The notes under the pieces were generated by a model. It searched no databases. It was not told the origin of the DNA and was given only the letters and a program-made list of their open reading frames with translations. 62,550 bases of DNA from Hydrurus foetidus (lineage: Eukaryota): contig UYFQ01000609.1 in the NCBI GenBank assembly GCA_900617105.1, forward strand, positions 62,001 to 124,550, written 5' to 3'. Shown here one piece after another: positions 11,828 through 24,037 of the stretch. Made by a program: the position numbers and the translations under genes. How positions within the stretch are numbered: position 1 is the stretch's first letter; the number at the start of each line of letters is the position of its first letter.

Positions 11828-12907
11828 TTGGAATTAACCTTCATTGCCATGTCCACTTTTCCTGTGACGCTGCTGGAAAATCCTCGGCAAAATTTCAGGC
11901 TTTTTTACCGTGCCGTTGTCGCCGCTTACGGAGCTGAATGCCCAACCGTCTATACGCATGGCCTTCTAGGGTTCATCGTCAGCGACACACTGTGGGCCCA
12001 GCTTCCTGGAAATCTAGTTCAACCCGAGGATGACGCTCTTCCACCAGCACTACTGCCTCGCCCAATTATTGTCATTCCCCCAACACCCGCCATCAATGCG
12101 AGTTCCCTCACCATTAAGGTGTGGGAACGCAGACTCGCCGACAACTTGCTCACCACCGACAACTTACGCACCCTCAAAAGTTTCCTCCTCGCTAGCATTC
12201 CACCAGCCGATTTAGTCGTACTTCACGACCCCTTCTTCGGTCTGCTTAACGTCACTGCGTTAACGATCATGAATCACGTTACCATCTTACATGGGACACG
12301 TAACCAGACCGATTTTGCGCATCTCCGCGCCCAACTCTTAGTCACTATGACTTCAAGAGATTCCGTCCAGGACTTCATCGGCTCCCACCAACTTCTTCAC
12401 GATCAATTTTACGAGTCCCAACAGCCGCTTTCAGAGCTCGACAAATGCCATCACTTCCGTGAGGCAGTCCGCACACAGGCTCACGTACAACACGCCATTG
12501 ACTCATATCTTGTCGCCAACCCATTGGTTGGCGAGCAAACATTTTTAGCACTCACAACGCACGTACTCCAACAAGCTCCCAACTTCGCGCCTACCATCGC
12601 CTCTTTAGAATATTCCGCCAATGCTGCCACCGACCATCATATCCGACCCCCTGAATCATTTCTCTCTTCACCAGCATTTGTTGCCATGATCACTTCAGCT
12701 GTCAAGGCAGCTCAGCCTGCTCCTCGCAAACCCCGTCGCGACCGTGCAGCCGCACAGCCCAAAACACGCGCCTATTGCTTTCATCACGGATACGATATGC
12801 ATAACAGCATCGACTGTAGACACATGATCGCGCAATCGTTCTCAGCTGACAAGAAAGCGGCACACACGCACCTGGACGTCACTGGAGGCTCCACCAATCG
12901 GCTCTGA
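11828..12907 (+). CDS. copia Gag
   Basis: 359-aa ORF directly after the 5' LTR (likely ATG at 11849), with C-terminal YCFHHGYDMHNSIDC knuckle and GGS end typical of CoDi-like gag. Confidence 0.85.
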   Translation: MELTFIAMSTFPVTLLENPRQNFRLFYRAVVAAYGAECPTVYTHGLLGFIVSDTLWAQLPGNLVQPEDDALPPALLPRPIIVIPPTPAINASSLTIKVWERRLADNLLTTDNLRTLKSFLLASIPPADLVVLHDPFFGLLNVTALTIMNHVTILHGTRNQTDFAHLRAQLLVTMTSRDSVQDFIGSHQLLHDQFYESQQPLSELDKCHHFREAVRTQAHVQHAIDSYLVANPLVGEQTFLALTTHVLQQAPNFAPTIASLEYSANAATDHHIRPPESFLSSPAFVAMITSAVKAAQPAPRKPRRDRAAAQPKTRAYCFHHGYDMHNSIDCRHMIAQSFSADKKAAHTHLDVTGGSTNRL

Positions 12908-15477
12908 CAAGACTGGACGGTTAGCCCAATCACTTGTGTTGTTCCAGCCTTCTGTAACATAATACAAACCGTTTCGCTATCCGTCCCATCTTCCTTCTGT
13001 GCTGACACCGGCTCCACCCACACGCTGCTACGAGCTTCTGATGCCCCCCCACATTATTCCTGCCGTTACACCGTTAACGGTACTGCTACCTAATGGGCAG
13101 TCCATACAATCTATTGGCACGTGCACCCTTCAGCTACCGCACATACAGTGTCCGTTTGTGGCACATGTCTTCCCGGACGCAGTGCTCAATACATCGCTGC
13201 TCTCCATTGCCCAACTGTGCAACCTCGGATGCACTGCCACATTCACTTCCACCGAGGTCCATGTCACTCATACCCAACACACAGTCTTCCATGGATCCAA
13301 AATGCCTGACGACTCCCTCTGGTCTATTGCACATCCCTCCACACTCACTCCACCCCCAACTGCCAATGCCGCGCACGCCATCCCATCTGACACGGCGTTC
13401 ATCAGATTTACGCACGCTGCGCTTGGTAGCCCAGCTATCTCCACGCTAACCCAAGCAGTCCGACGAGGGTATCTACACTCGTATCCGGCTCTAACGTCCA
13501 CTATGCTCGCCGCACATCTCCCAACGTCCATTGCCACAGCCAAGGGTCATCTTGACCAGCAACGGCAAGGTCAACGATCCACCCACACTCCGCTGCATGT
13601 ATTTGACGTTGATGACTCGCACACCATCGATGACGTCATTAGTACATCCGACCCGGCTGACAATGCCGCCACACCGGCATACACTCAGATAATACTTGCG
13701 TCGTCCACCCTACACTCTGATCTTACGGGGCGCTTCCCCGTCACCTCATGCACTGGTGCGCAATACATGTTCGTATCCGTGCTCGATGGTTACATTCATG
13801 TCGAGACTATGAAAACACGTCACCATCAAGAATATGTCGCTGCATACAAGCGCACATTAAATTTCTTCGGGCGCCTGGGGCGTCGGCCTTCATTCCAACG
13901 ACTCGACAACGAAACATCCGCGCCACTGAAATCTTTCGCCACCGACAATAACATTACCATTCAGTACTGCCCACCACACACCCACCGTTCGCTCAAAGCT
14001 GAGCGTGCGATGCGCACATTCAAAAATCACTTCATTGCTACCCTTTGCACGGCAGCGCCAGACTTCCCACTTACACTATGGGATGATATGTTACCTCAAA
14101 TGGAGATATGCCTCAATCACCTCATACCATACGCTCCCAACGTCACAGTCTCAGCATACGCAGGCCTTCATGGCAGAGCTTTCAACTTCGCAAAGCACCT
14201 TATTGCACCCATTGGCACGCGCATCCTGATTCATGACAAGCCCACTGCACGCGCGTCGTGGGCTCCTCATGGGGTTCCCGGTTTCTACCTCGGCCCCGCA
14301 CTTCAACACTATCGCTCCTATCGCACGTGGTCCTCTGTCACAAAAACTATGCGCATTACGGATACTGTCGCATGGTTGCCACACGAACTGTCCATGCCTG
14401 GTCCCACTATCCATGATATACTCATTCGCACCATCGACGACTTGCAAATAGCTCTTCACAAATTTTCCTCGACCGCCCCAGCTCTGCGCAACACTGCTTA
14501 GCCGTCATCGTTAATTCCATCCATTGCCGACAATTTGCGTATCATCGCCAACATGCATCTTCCTCCAGTCTCACCGTCATCATCGCCATCACTACCCAAC
14601 ACTGCCTCAGAACAGAGAGTGGTCCCTCCACCTATTCCACTCGACCAGCATGAGCATGGCCCCAACCTCCCATTGCGTCTTCCGCCACTTCACCCATCCA
14701 TTCCACTTCCTCCCAGTTTGCACACTACACTCACTACTAAACCCGCGTCAGCTATAGCCAACACCGCCTTAAATTTAGACGCCTCGGGGCAACCCCTCAC
14801 CTATGCATCGGCCAAAGCAGGTCTTAATGCTCACAAATGGCAGATCGCAGAGACAGAAGAACTTGATCGCTTGTTAAATACCAACACCATTCGACCTATT
14901 CTTCTCGCAGCTCAACCACTCGAGCGCCGGCGCGACACCACATACTACAACCCACAGACGAAAGAAAAGGAAACTGCCTCTGGCGAACGTACCTATCGTA
15001 TTAGAGGTACGATAGGCGGAGATAGAGTCAACTACCCTGGACCTACCACGGCTCGCACTGCTGCTATGCCCCTCGTCAAGATTCTGCTACACTCGGTCAT
15101 TTCGGACGACGCACACTGGCTCACCATCGACATAAAAGACTTTTATCTCAACACGCCTCTCCCTCGCCCTGAGTACCTTCGCATTCCATCCAAGTTCCTT
15201 ACGCCTACTATCATCACCAACCATGGCCTACAACCTTATCTTCGCAATAACTCCATCTTATTTCAAGTCAATAAAGGTATGTATGGTCTCCCTCAAGCCG
15301 GACGACTTGCACAACAGCGACTCATTCAGCACTTGTCACTGCATGGCTACTATCAGACAGAAACTTCTTGCCTCTTCCGTCACGCGTCCAACGGCACTGT
15401 CTTCTCCTTAGTAGTCGATGACTTCGGAGTCAAGTACACTAACAAAGAGGGCGCCGACCACCTGATCCACACACTAC
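12908..15477 (+). pseudogene. copia Pol 5' part (protease, integrase, RT start)
   Basis: ADTGSTH protease motif, DLTGRFP / RLDNE / AERAMRTFKNHF integrase, DIKDFYL / MYGLPQAG / VVDDFGVKY RT. Frameshift in the C-run at ~13044-13050 and in-frame TAG at 14499-14501. Confidence 0.92.
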
Positions 15478-16367
15478 TGTAGCCTAGCACGTACGTTCAC
15501 CGTACGCTTCGTACACGTTTGTATATAATTCACGTATGTATATAATTCACGTACCCATAGTCTATTTTCATCCACATCACTTGTCCACCGGTAACGGACG
15601 CTCATCAGCATCAGCACCCTTGTAGCCTATCGTTTGTGTCTGTCGTTAGCTGTTTGCTCTCTTCTTTCACAAACTGTAACTAACCTAACAGTTTACTCCA
15701 GCATACCGTCTTTACCCGGATTCTTCGTACTCGAATCCGGCCGCGACTACAATATTAATATTGAGAGTTGTTAGACGAACTCTCGTTACTGGAGAGCTAG
15801 ATAGATTTTTCAACCGCCGACATCCGACGACCATCTGGCACTGATCACCAGTATGGTTTCCAGCAACCGACGAAGACTTTCCAGGGTATCGGCCGTTTCG
15901 ACGGCTCCCCTGTCGATTTCTCAGGAAGCGCCATCAATCGACGTCACCGTCGAAATCGTCGCCATCACCGGACGCTAGCACAACGGGAGATTCCGACTCG
16001 GCGAATCCTCCCTCGCTTCCAGATCCATCTGTTGCTGCGACTGACGTCGCAGCTAATCTATCTATCGCCTCTAACCCCTTCTCGAATTTGGCCCCCGGCG
16101 TGGGAGGGGGAAACCCCTTGCAAAATTTTTGCAGCCATCTTCCGCTCCATCTGGAGCTCTTACAGCGGATCTAGCGATATCCCAAGCGGGGGAAGTCTCT
16201 GTTGAACATCAACAACTTCCCCAGCGAGTGGATGGAGTATTTTTGGAGCCGGCGCCTTCGCCACCAGCACCATCACCATCATCATCCACGATGATATCCG
16301 CCACCGCCGATCACCGCCGATCACCGCCATCGCCGCCACCGACACTGTCATTTCTGTACCTGTCGTT

Positions 16368-19300
16368 GTGTGTGATGTTTTGCCTGTGCTGTCTGTGTTA
16401 TCTGCCGCAGTTTTGCCTGCAAACCCGGTGCAAACCGATTCCCTGTTGCTCACTTCAGACAGCAATGTCATGAACAGTAATGTTCAGAGTGTTGCAACTT
16501 TTGCTACCGTTGGTGGTGTTACTAACGATGTTGTTGTTTCAAACCTTGCTGCACGCTATCTATTACCTCATGAAAAGGTTAGAAAGCTCAGCAAGGTTCC
16601 AACTCATCTGGAAGTTTTAAGCATCACCAATGACCTTCGCAAGAATGGTTGCCCCTATACGTTTCTTGACGTGGTACCATTAGACGTCGAGCAATCTCTT
16701 GTAACACTCCTGCAAAGGCAGTATTGCACTGAGAGAGCAATTCGCGACGAGTGCGAAGAGTGGAAGTCATGGACTACCGAGAGATTCTGCAAAGAACTCC
16801 TCAAGGCAGTACCTGATGAGTCCATCGATACACCTTTGGGTCAGGCATCGTTCCTCGAGCAAGTCTCATCGTTCAATTTCAGATTTGATTTGAACAACAT
16901 TGAGACTGACTCCTGTAACGATACTGCCCTTGGTGCATTGGTAGCAAATTTCCCCAGCACTACTGCTGAGGAACAGCTTAAGGCTGTTAAGATTCTAGAG
17001 CGTCAGTTGCCTACCCACCCCGTCAATTGGCAGCTCATCTTACGCCGCAAGGTGAACGGTGAGACTGTTCCAATCAACGATTTGAAAGACTTTCGATTCG
17101 TTTGGTGGACGCAACTGACTACTCTCAGAAACTCAGCTAATGAGCTTCGGGCTGCTGGTTATGAGGTTACTCCAGGCCCAGCTACGCGTTCTAAAGATAA
17201 GCCTATCTCCAAACGCGCTGCTGAGCCTGATGAGGACACCATCAAACCACGTGCTAAGTCCGCGAAGACTGCAAAGTCTTCGAATCCCTCAACCACTCGC
17301 ACCGTACAGGTCTGTGTTGGTTGTGGAAGATCTAATCACACTATCTCTGTGTGTAGATTTACTGCATCACCCTACTTCAATTCTTCTGACAGTGCATATG
17401 CTGATAGCAATGCATTTAAGAAACTGAAAAAGGATTACCCTGATGCATTGGTTGCAAGAGGAGCGTACGTGCCTACCACCTCCTCTTCTTCCTCTTCTTC
17501 TACTGCTACCGCGTCAGCCTCGGCTGTACCGGAGGGTCCGTCTAAGCCGGTCACTAAGCAAAAGAGCTTAAAGAAGACAAGTAAGTTATCATCAACTATT
17601 AGTTTCACTGATGTTGTTATTCCTTCTTCCATATTGGGAGCTCTTACGAACCTTTCGTCAGCTGACTTTCTAACTGCTACTGTCTCCTATGTGTCACAGC
17701 CCAGCCAGCCAAGAAATGAAGTCCAAGTACTGATCGATACGGGATCGCTCGCCGGCAATTTTGTTGCCATGCGTGTAATTAAGAATTTTCATTTAGAAGA
17801 ATTTATTATTTTCGACAAGACACTGACTGTTTGTTCAGCCTTAGATGGAAAATGTTATAACATTTCTAAGTCTATAAATTTGAAAATGACTTACTTTTCT
17901 GAACGTTTAAATAAAAATACTTTTTTAAATTTCAAAGCAATTATTTTAAACAAGTCTTCAGTCGATGTTGTGATCGGACGAGTGACAATTCGGGAATCAC
18001 AAATATTCCTCGAGTTGCCTAGTCAATTAGCATCGACTAATATAGTGCACAGGGCAGCGACCTCAGTAACACCCCAAAGGGTTATTGTATCAGGTCTACT
18101 AGCTTCTCTCGTCATTCAATCCGAGAATACATCTCAACTGGCTATGCCAGATGATGATGAAATCGGTGAACATGAGGCTAGTACCTTTTCACCTTGGTTA
18201 CCGGATACCAATCCGGAACCGGTTGACCCAGTATCCCTGATTAACATATCGGGTACTCCTGAACTTCAGGAGTTGATTAGACTACTCTGTATTGAATACA
18301 GAGATATCTTTTCAAATACACTTTCATCTCAGCCTGCTTCTATTCCTCCTTTTGATCTGGTTGTTCAGGACCCTAAGTGGCGTGTCTCTAAAAATAGACA
18401 ACCACCTAGACCTCAATCAGCAGCCAATCAGAAGGAGATTACTAGACAATTAAATATCCTCATTGAGCAGGGTATTATTGAGAAATCCACGGCGGCTTAT
18501 TATAGCCAAGGATTTTTAGTAACTAAGGCTGACGGATCTAAAAGATTCGTTATAGATTACCGTAACTTGAACGAATGTACGGAACATGCCTCTTGGCCCG
18601 TACCGAACATAACGGAAATGTTACAGAGAATCGGTTCTCAGAAACCGACGATCTTTGGCACGGTGGATTTTGCTCAAGCATACCATCAAGCCGCATTAAC
18701 ACTCGCTACTAAAAAATATACTTCGTTTATATTATATAGTGGTGTCTATCAGTTTACTAGACTACCTTTTGGTCTAAAGCAAGCACCTTCTTATTTTCAA
18801 GAGATGATTGCTACTGAAGTGTTAAATACGTTACTTTATAGAATTTTAGAAATTTATATCGATGACGTTAACATTTTTGGAAACAGTCCTGACAACTTTG
18901 TTGCACGACTGCGAGAATTCTTTTCTCGCGTTCGTCTCCATAAAATGATCCTTAAACCATCCAAATGTTACCTTGGCTATGCCGATTTAAAATTTGTTGG
19001 TAAGGTTATATCACAAGAGGGACTTAGAATGTCCCAGAGTAAAATCCAATTAGTTTTGGATTTTCCTTGTCCTACTGTATCCAAACAACTTAAAAGTTTT
19101 CTTGGATTAGTAAACTATTTCCGTGATTTCATCAGAAATCAGTCTACGATAGTAAGACCGTTACATGCGTTACTTACAAATTATCAAAGAACAAAACGGA
19201 TAGTATGGACATCAGAAGCAACTTCTGCTTTTAATGAAATAAAGGAACAAGTATCGAAATGTACTACCATTCATTTCATTAGTGATACTGCACCAATCAC

Positions 19301-21045
19301 TTTGCACACTGATGCATCTGATTATGGTATCGGTGGTTACCTCTTCCAAACTATTGATGGAAAGGACTATCCGGTTGCATTTGTAAGCAAATCTCTTTCT
19401 GGGTCTCAACTCCGTTGGTCCACTATTCAAAAAGAAGCTTATGCAATTTACTATTCTTGTATTTTTCTACAATCACTTTTACGTGATAGATTATTTACAA
19501 TTCGAACGGATCATAGAAATCTGTTATACATATATAACAATTCTAATCCAATGATTGTTCGGTGGTATGTAGCACTCTCTGAGTATACATATAAAATTGA
19601 ATTTATTAAAGGTGTTGATAATAATATCGCCGACTCTATGTCTCGACTATGTCGTAACAATATGATCGACTCACCTAAGGAATACTCTGCAGATATGATT
19701 CTTGCAGCAGCTATTATCCCAAAAATTCAACTCACCGATATGCAATACAATGCTATATCATCAGTTCACAATTCTATGGTTGGTCATTTTGGACTAGCCA
19801 GAACTATGAAACGATTAAAAGCAAATCAACATAAGTGGGAATTCATGGAAAATCATGTTAGATATTTCATTGACTTTTGCCCACAATGTCAAAAGATGAG
19901 TATGATTAAAATACCTATTCATGCTCATCCTTTTACGACTTCGTCGTATTACCCTATGGAATGTTTAAACATCGACTTTGTCGGTCCATTTCCTGATGGA
20001 GGACATATCCTCGTTATCATTGATACATTCACTCGTTGGACTGAATTGTATCATACTACTGATTCAACTGCACTATCCGCCGCCCAATGTTTAATACAAC
20101 ATTTTGGTCGTTTCGGAGCACCTCATCAGTTAAGATCAGATAACGGTCCCCACTTTATTGCTGACGTAATACGTGAGTTTTTATCGTTTGTTGGTACTCG
20201 ACACTGTTTAACATTAGCTTACTCTAAGGAGGAAAATGCTATTGTTGAACGTATGAACAAAGAGATTAACCGTCACATCCGATCACTCACATACGACAAC
20301 ACTTCATTAGAAGATTACAAATTAGCTTTACCTTTCGTTATGAGAATAATTAATTCAAATCATAGTGATCGTTTAAAGATATCTTCTGCACAATTACTGT
20401 TTGGTAACTGTGTTAATCTTGATCGTGGTATGTTCCGTCCAATTGACGAAGTTCCTCCTTCAAAGAAATCTATGTCAGTCTATATGAGTAACCTTCTCAA
20501 GACACAAGATAGTCTTAGAAAAGCAGCTGCTAAAGAACTTCTTCGCACTGACTTACTTCATATGACACATAAAAACAATTACAACATACGGATTACCAAC
20601 CCGGAACGTATGTATTGGTACATTACCGTACAGGTCACCCGCCTACACGTCTTCATACGTTCTGGCGTGGTCCTATGAGAGTTATTTCCGGATCAAACTC
20701 AAGGTTTACCCTTTATGATCTTATCTCTCATGTCGAAAAAGAATATCATGTTTCAGATATGAAACCTTTTCTTTTGATCCACTACGTGTTGAACCATTAG
20801 ACGTTGCTCGTCATGATTATATGGAATTTTACATTGAAAATATCCTTGAACATCGTGGTGACTTACAACGCAAAACTTCGTTAGAATTCCTTGTCAAATG
20901 GTTAGGTTATGCCGATGAACACAATTCATGGACATCCTATGCCAATCTTCGTGATACCGAAAAATTACACGAATACTTGACATCTAACAATCTTCAACGT
21001 TTAATACCTAGAAAGTTTACAAACGTTGTAGATACAAATATATAA
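16368..21045 (+). CDS. Gag-Pol polyprotein with C-terminal chromodomain (two 1-nt frameshifts near the 3' end)
   Basis: CVGCGRSNHTISVC knuckle, LIDTGS protease, YIDD RT, TDASDYG RNase H, HHCC plus SDNG integrase, FLVKWLGY...NSW chromodomain (20821-21045). Single-base losses in the A-run at ~20571 and T-run at ~20772. Confidence 0.95.
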
Positions 21046-21377
21046 TACTAAACAATATCCATGATGGATTTCAACCCTATTTTTTGTTTGTTGTCGGTCA
21101 ACATTCTTTTTGGGAGTTTTTAGTCAGTAAGAGTCTGACATAATTGTTTAGATATTATACCCCGACTCTAAGGAGTGCCGCCGATGAAAATCGTGTCAAC
21201 AACATTTTGATTTTCATATCCACACATACTACCAAATCTTTGACGATAGATAGGCGTATGGGATCCCTGAATAATTTGAAGTGGCACCTTTTTCAAATGA
21301 GCTATACGTTACCACATGTATTTTCACTCACATTCATTTTCTTTCATTTAACTTTAATTTTAAGGAGGAAGGAGTAG

Positions 21378-21651
21378 TGTAGCCTAGCACGTACGTTCAC
21401 CGTACGCTTCGTACACGTTTGTATATAATTCACGTATGTATATAATTCACGTACCCATAGTCTATTTTCATCCACATCACTTGTCCACCGGTAACGGACG
21501 CTCATCAGCATCAGCACCCTTGTAGCCTATCGTTTGTGTCTGTCGTTAGCTGTTTGCTCTCTTCTTTCACAAACTGTAACTAACCTAACAGTTTACTCTA
21601 GCATACCGTCTTTACCCGGATTCTTCGTACTCGAATCCGGCCGCGACTACA
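21378..21651 (+). repeat. chromovirus 3' LTR
   Basis: Direct repeat of 15478-15751, TGTAG...CTACA termini. Confidence 0.96.
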
Positions 21652-21655
21652 CTAC

Positions 21656-22800
21656 AAATACTTTACCCCATCACCATCGACTGGTCCGGAGCCAGATATC
21701 TTGGGTTTTCAATTGCCTTCGACAAGGCACTCCGCACTGTCACACTATCAATGCCAGGGTACATAGCCAAAGTGCTCCAACGCTTTGCTCCTCACCTCAG
21801 CACTGGCGCTAACTCGCCTGCTGTATACATTCCTCCGCACTATGGAGTGGGACAGCAGACACCCTACAGTGACAGTAGCGCCCCCCTTACTCCATCACAG
21901 ACAACCACATGACAAGAACTTGTTGGTGCACTCTTATACTACGCACGCGGCGTGGATGTCACCATCCTTCCCGCTGTCACACACCTATCCTCGCTACAAG
22001 CGCACCCCACACAAGACGTCTTCGATGCATCCCAACGCCTGCTCGCCTACTGTTCCCGATTTCCAAACAACGCGCTACGCTATCATGCATGCAATATGGT
22101 ACTCTAGATTCAATCAGACGCTTCGTACCTATCTCGTCCCAATGCACGATCAGTCGCTGGAGCCATCTTCTACCTCGGCAATGCCAACCAACCTACCCAC
22201 ATCAATGGCTCCGTCCACTCTTTTAGCACTATTATCCAATCAGTCGTCTCATCGGTCGCTGAAGCCGAGTATGCCGCATTATTCCTAGCTGGGCAAGAGG
22301 GAGTCTGGCTACGACAAATTCTACACTCCCTCGGATACCCTCAAGATCCCACCATCATCCTATGTGATAACAAGTGCGCCGTAGGTATTGCCGACGACAC
22401 CATCAAACCCAAAAGGACTAAAAGCATTGACATGCGCTTTCATTGGATACGAGATCACATTGCACAAAAACAATTCATCGTCACGTGGCGCAAAGGAGCT
22501 GATAACCTCGCCGACTTCTTCACCAAACCTCTTCCCGTTCACGTCCATCAGTCTATCATGCCCCTATTGGTGCACATTCCTACAGCACATTCTCATGAGC
22601 TTCTCACACAGTCAGCAATCCGAGCAGTCAACTGGCAAAAGAAGCCACCAGACACATCTGGCAGCAGAGCTCAACGCACATACACAATACCCCCTTCGTC
22701 GACAAAAGAAACCCCCCGCTTTATCAGCGACCGGCTCAGCCCATGTTTCACAGAGTCCCGTCTCACGCGACGGGCGCGTAGGACTCTCGCACTTATTTAG
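21656..22800 (+). pseudogene. copia Pol 3' part (RT end, RNase H)
   Basis: QSDASYLS, EAEYAALF, CDNKCA, IDMRFHWIRD and NLADFFTK motifs; in-frame stops at ~21910 and ~22106. Confidence 0.92.
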
Positions 22801-22971
22801 TGTGCCGACACCCCTACTACCGACAGCTGAATCTCACTGGGACTCGAGCTGGCGGCCTTTCGATTACAACTGGCTGTTTTAACCAACTGCGTCAACACTC
22901 GCTGTGCATTTGACAAAAAACTTCATATACATACGTAACACAATCACGCACCTTATCTGTTTGAGAGGGTG

Positions 22972-23157
22972 TGTTGATCAGCGTACATGACATAGTTCGT
23001 ACACTCCGCGTCGTACGCTACTAGATTCAAACACATGCAGTGCAGTCACAGTAGTTCATAGTGAATTTCTCATTCCACGCATAATTTAATTCCAACACAC
23101 GCGAAACACGTAAATTCGTTTCACATTTGGTACGCAATCAAATCTGCGTCATCAACA
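22972..23157 (+). repeat. copia 3' LTR
   Basis: Direct repeat of 11641-11826, followed by TSD GATGC. Confidence 0.96.
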
Positions 23158-23230
23158 GATGCATGTGGAGGAGACGACCCCAGACCTTTCATTTCATCGT
23201 ACAGTGTACGGTACACTCCTGACTCCTCTG

Positions 23231-23279
23231 TCCGCACTCCGCACTCCGCACTCCGCACTCCGCACTCCGCACTCCGCAC
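23231..23279. repeat. (TCCGCAC)7 microsatellite
   Basis: Perfect 7-mer tandem repeat. Confidence 0.95.
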
Positions 23280-23295
23280 GTCCGTCCGCACAGTA

Positions 23296-23657
23296 CCGTC
23301 GAGTGCCCTTTGTTTGTCCTCAAATGTCGTATTACGGTTTTTTATTTTCTTCGATATCAGCCAAAATATGATCATTTTTGCACGTTTCAAGAGTAGCAGT
23401 GAAGCGCAACTCAACTTTCTTCGAGAACCGTCAACTTTGGGATACGTGAGACATTATGATCTTGATAGATCTTGTAACTGATCTTTGGCTCAGCAGCTAT
23501 TCGAGTTCAAAATCGCCCATTTTGGAGCGAAAACAGTGATTTTGACTGAGGTCAAAATTTCCCACATGAAAACGGGGAGAAAGTTTACCGTGATTTTAAG
23601 TGTATTTCCAATAAATCCTAATACCACATTTGAGGACAAACAAAGGGCACTCGACGG
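23296..23657. mobile_element. pogo-family MITE (362 bp)
   Basis: 32-bp perfect TIRs CCGTCGAGTGCCCTTTGTTTGTCCTCAAATGT with TA TSD. The first 20 bp are identical to the TIR of the 3670-8077 element. Confidence 0.92.
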
Positions 23658-23659
23658 TA

Positions 23660-24037
23660 CAGTCGGAAGCTTCTATAGTCGACAATTGTATATGGGGGAA
23701 ACGCCAGCTGTATCACACACTTCGCATCATTCAAAATAGGATTTCCAACCACATGCATGTGTTCGTTTATGATAAAGGAAAAATTCCATGTGGTTGAAAT
23801 TCTTTATTTCAACCTCTGGGAAAAGTTAATAGAGGACAAAGTTGAGTGGTGGCGAATCTCCTGGGATTAGTATGGTGGAAAATCAAGACGTCCCAGTTAG
23901 AGAGTACACTGTCGGCCTCTAAACAGAGGGCCCACAGTGTATTTATCCGGGTTTCCCAAGAATTTACCCGGTTTTATCTACACCAACTTCTTTTTTTCTC
24001 GCGTGGGACTTTTGTTGATTACAGTAGCTTCCGACTG
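23660..24037. mobile_element. Tc1/mariner-type MITE (378 bp)
   Basis: Imperfect 26-bp TIRs CAGTCGGAAGCTTCTATAGTCGACAA vs CAGTCGGAAGCTACTGTAATCAACAA; TA at 23658-23659 and 24038-24039. Confidence 0.85.

Larger units (their letters stand above)
15478..21651 (+). mobile_element. Ty3/gypsy chromovirus inserted in the copia RT
   Basis: 274-bp LTRs at 15478-15751 and 21378-21651 (1 difference seen), 4-bp TSD CTAC (15474-15477, 21652-21655), PPT AAGGAGGAAGGAG. Removing it restores the copia frame HTLQILYPITIDW. Confidence 0.96.
11641..23157 (+). mobile_element. Ty1/copia LTR retrotransposon (CoDi-like), defective, interrupted by a chromovirus
   Basis: 186-bp TG..CA LTRs at 11641-11826 and 22972-23157 (4 differences counted), 5-bp TSD GATGC, purine tract GAGAGGGTG before the 3' LTR, gag-PR-IN-RT-RH order. 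Confidence 0.96.

Noticed and set aside
20560..20790. Programmed frameshifts making the chromodomain optional
   Set aside because: Both breaks are single-base losses in homopolymers and the sister element is continuous here. Similar 1-nt breaks at ~62508, ~13047 and ~29970 point to sequencing error or mutation.
8660..23818. TAGAGGTGGAA / TTCAACCTCTG as hAT termini
   Set aside because: Flanks do not form a TSD; the ends at 3648 and 11617 have an exact 8-bp TSD.
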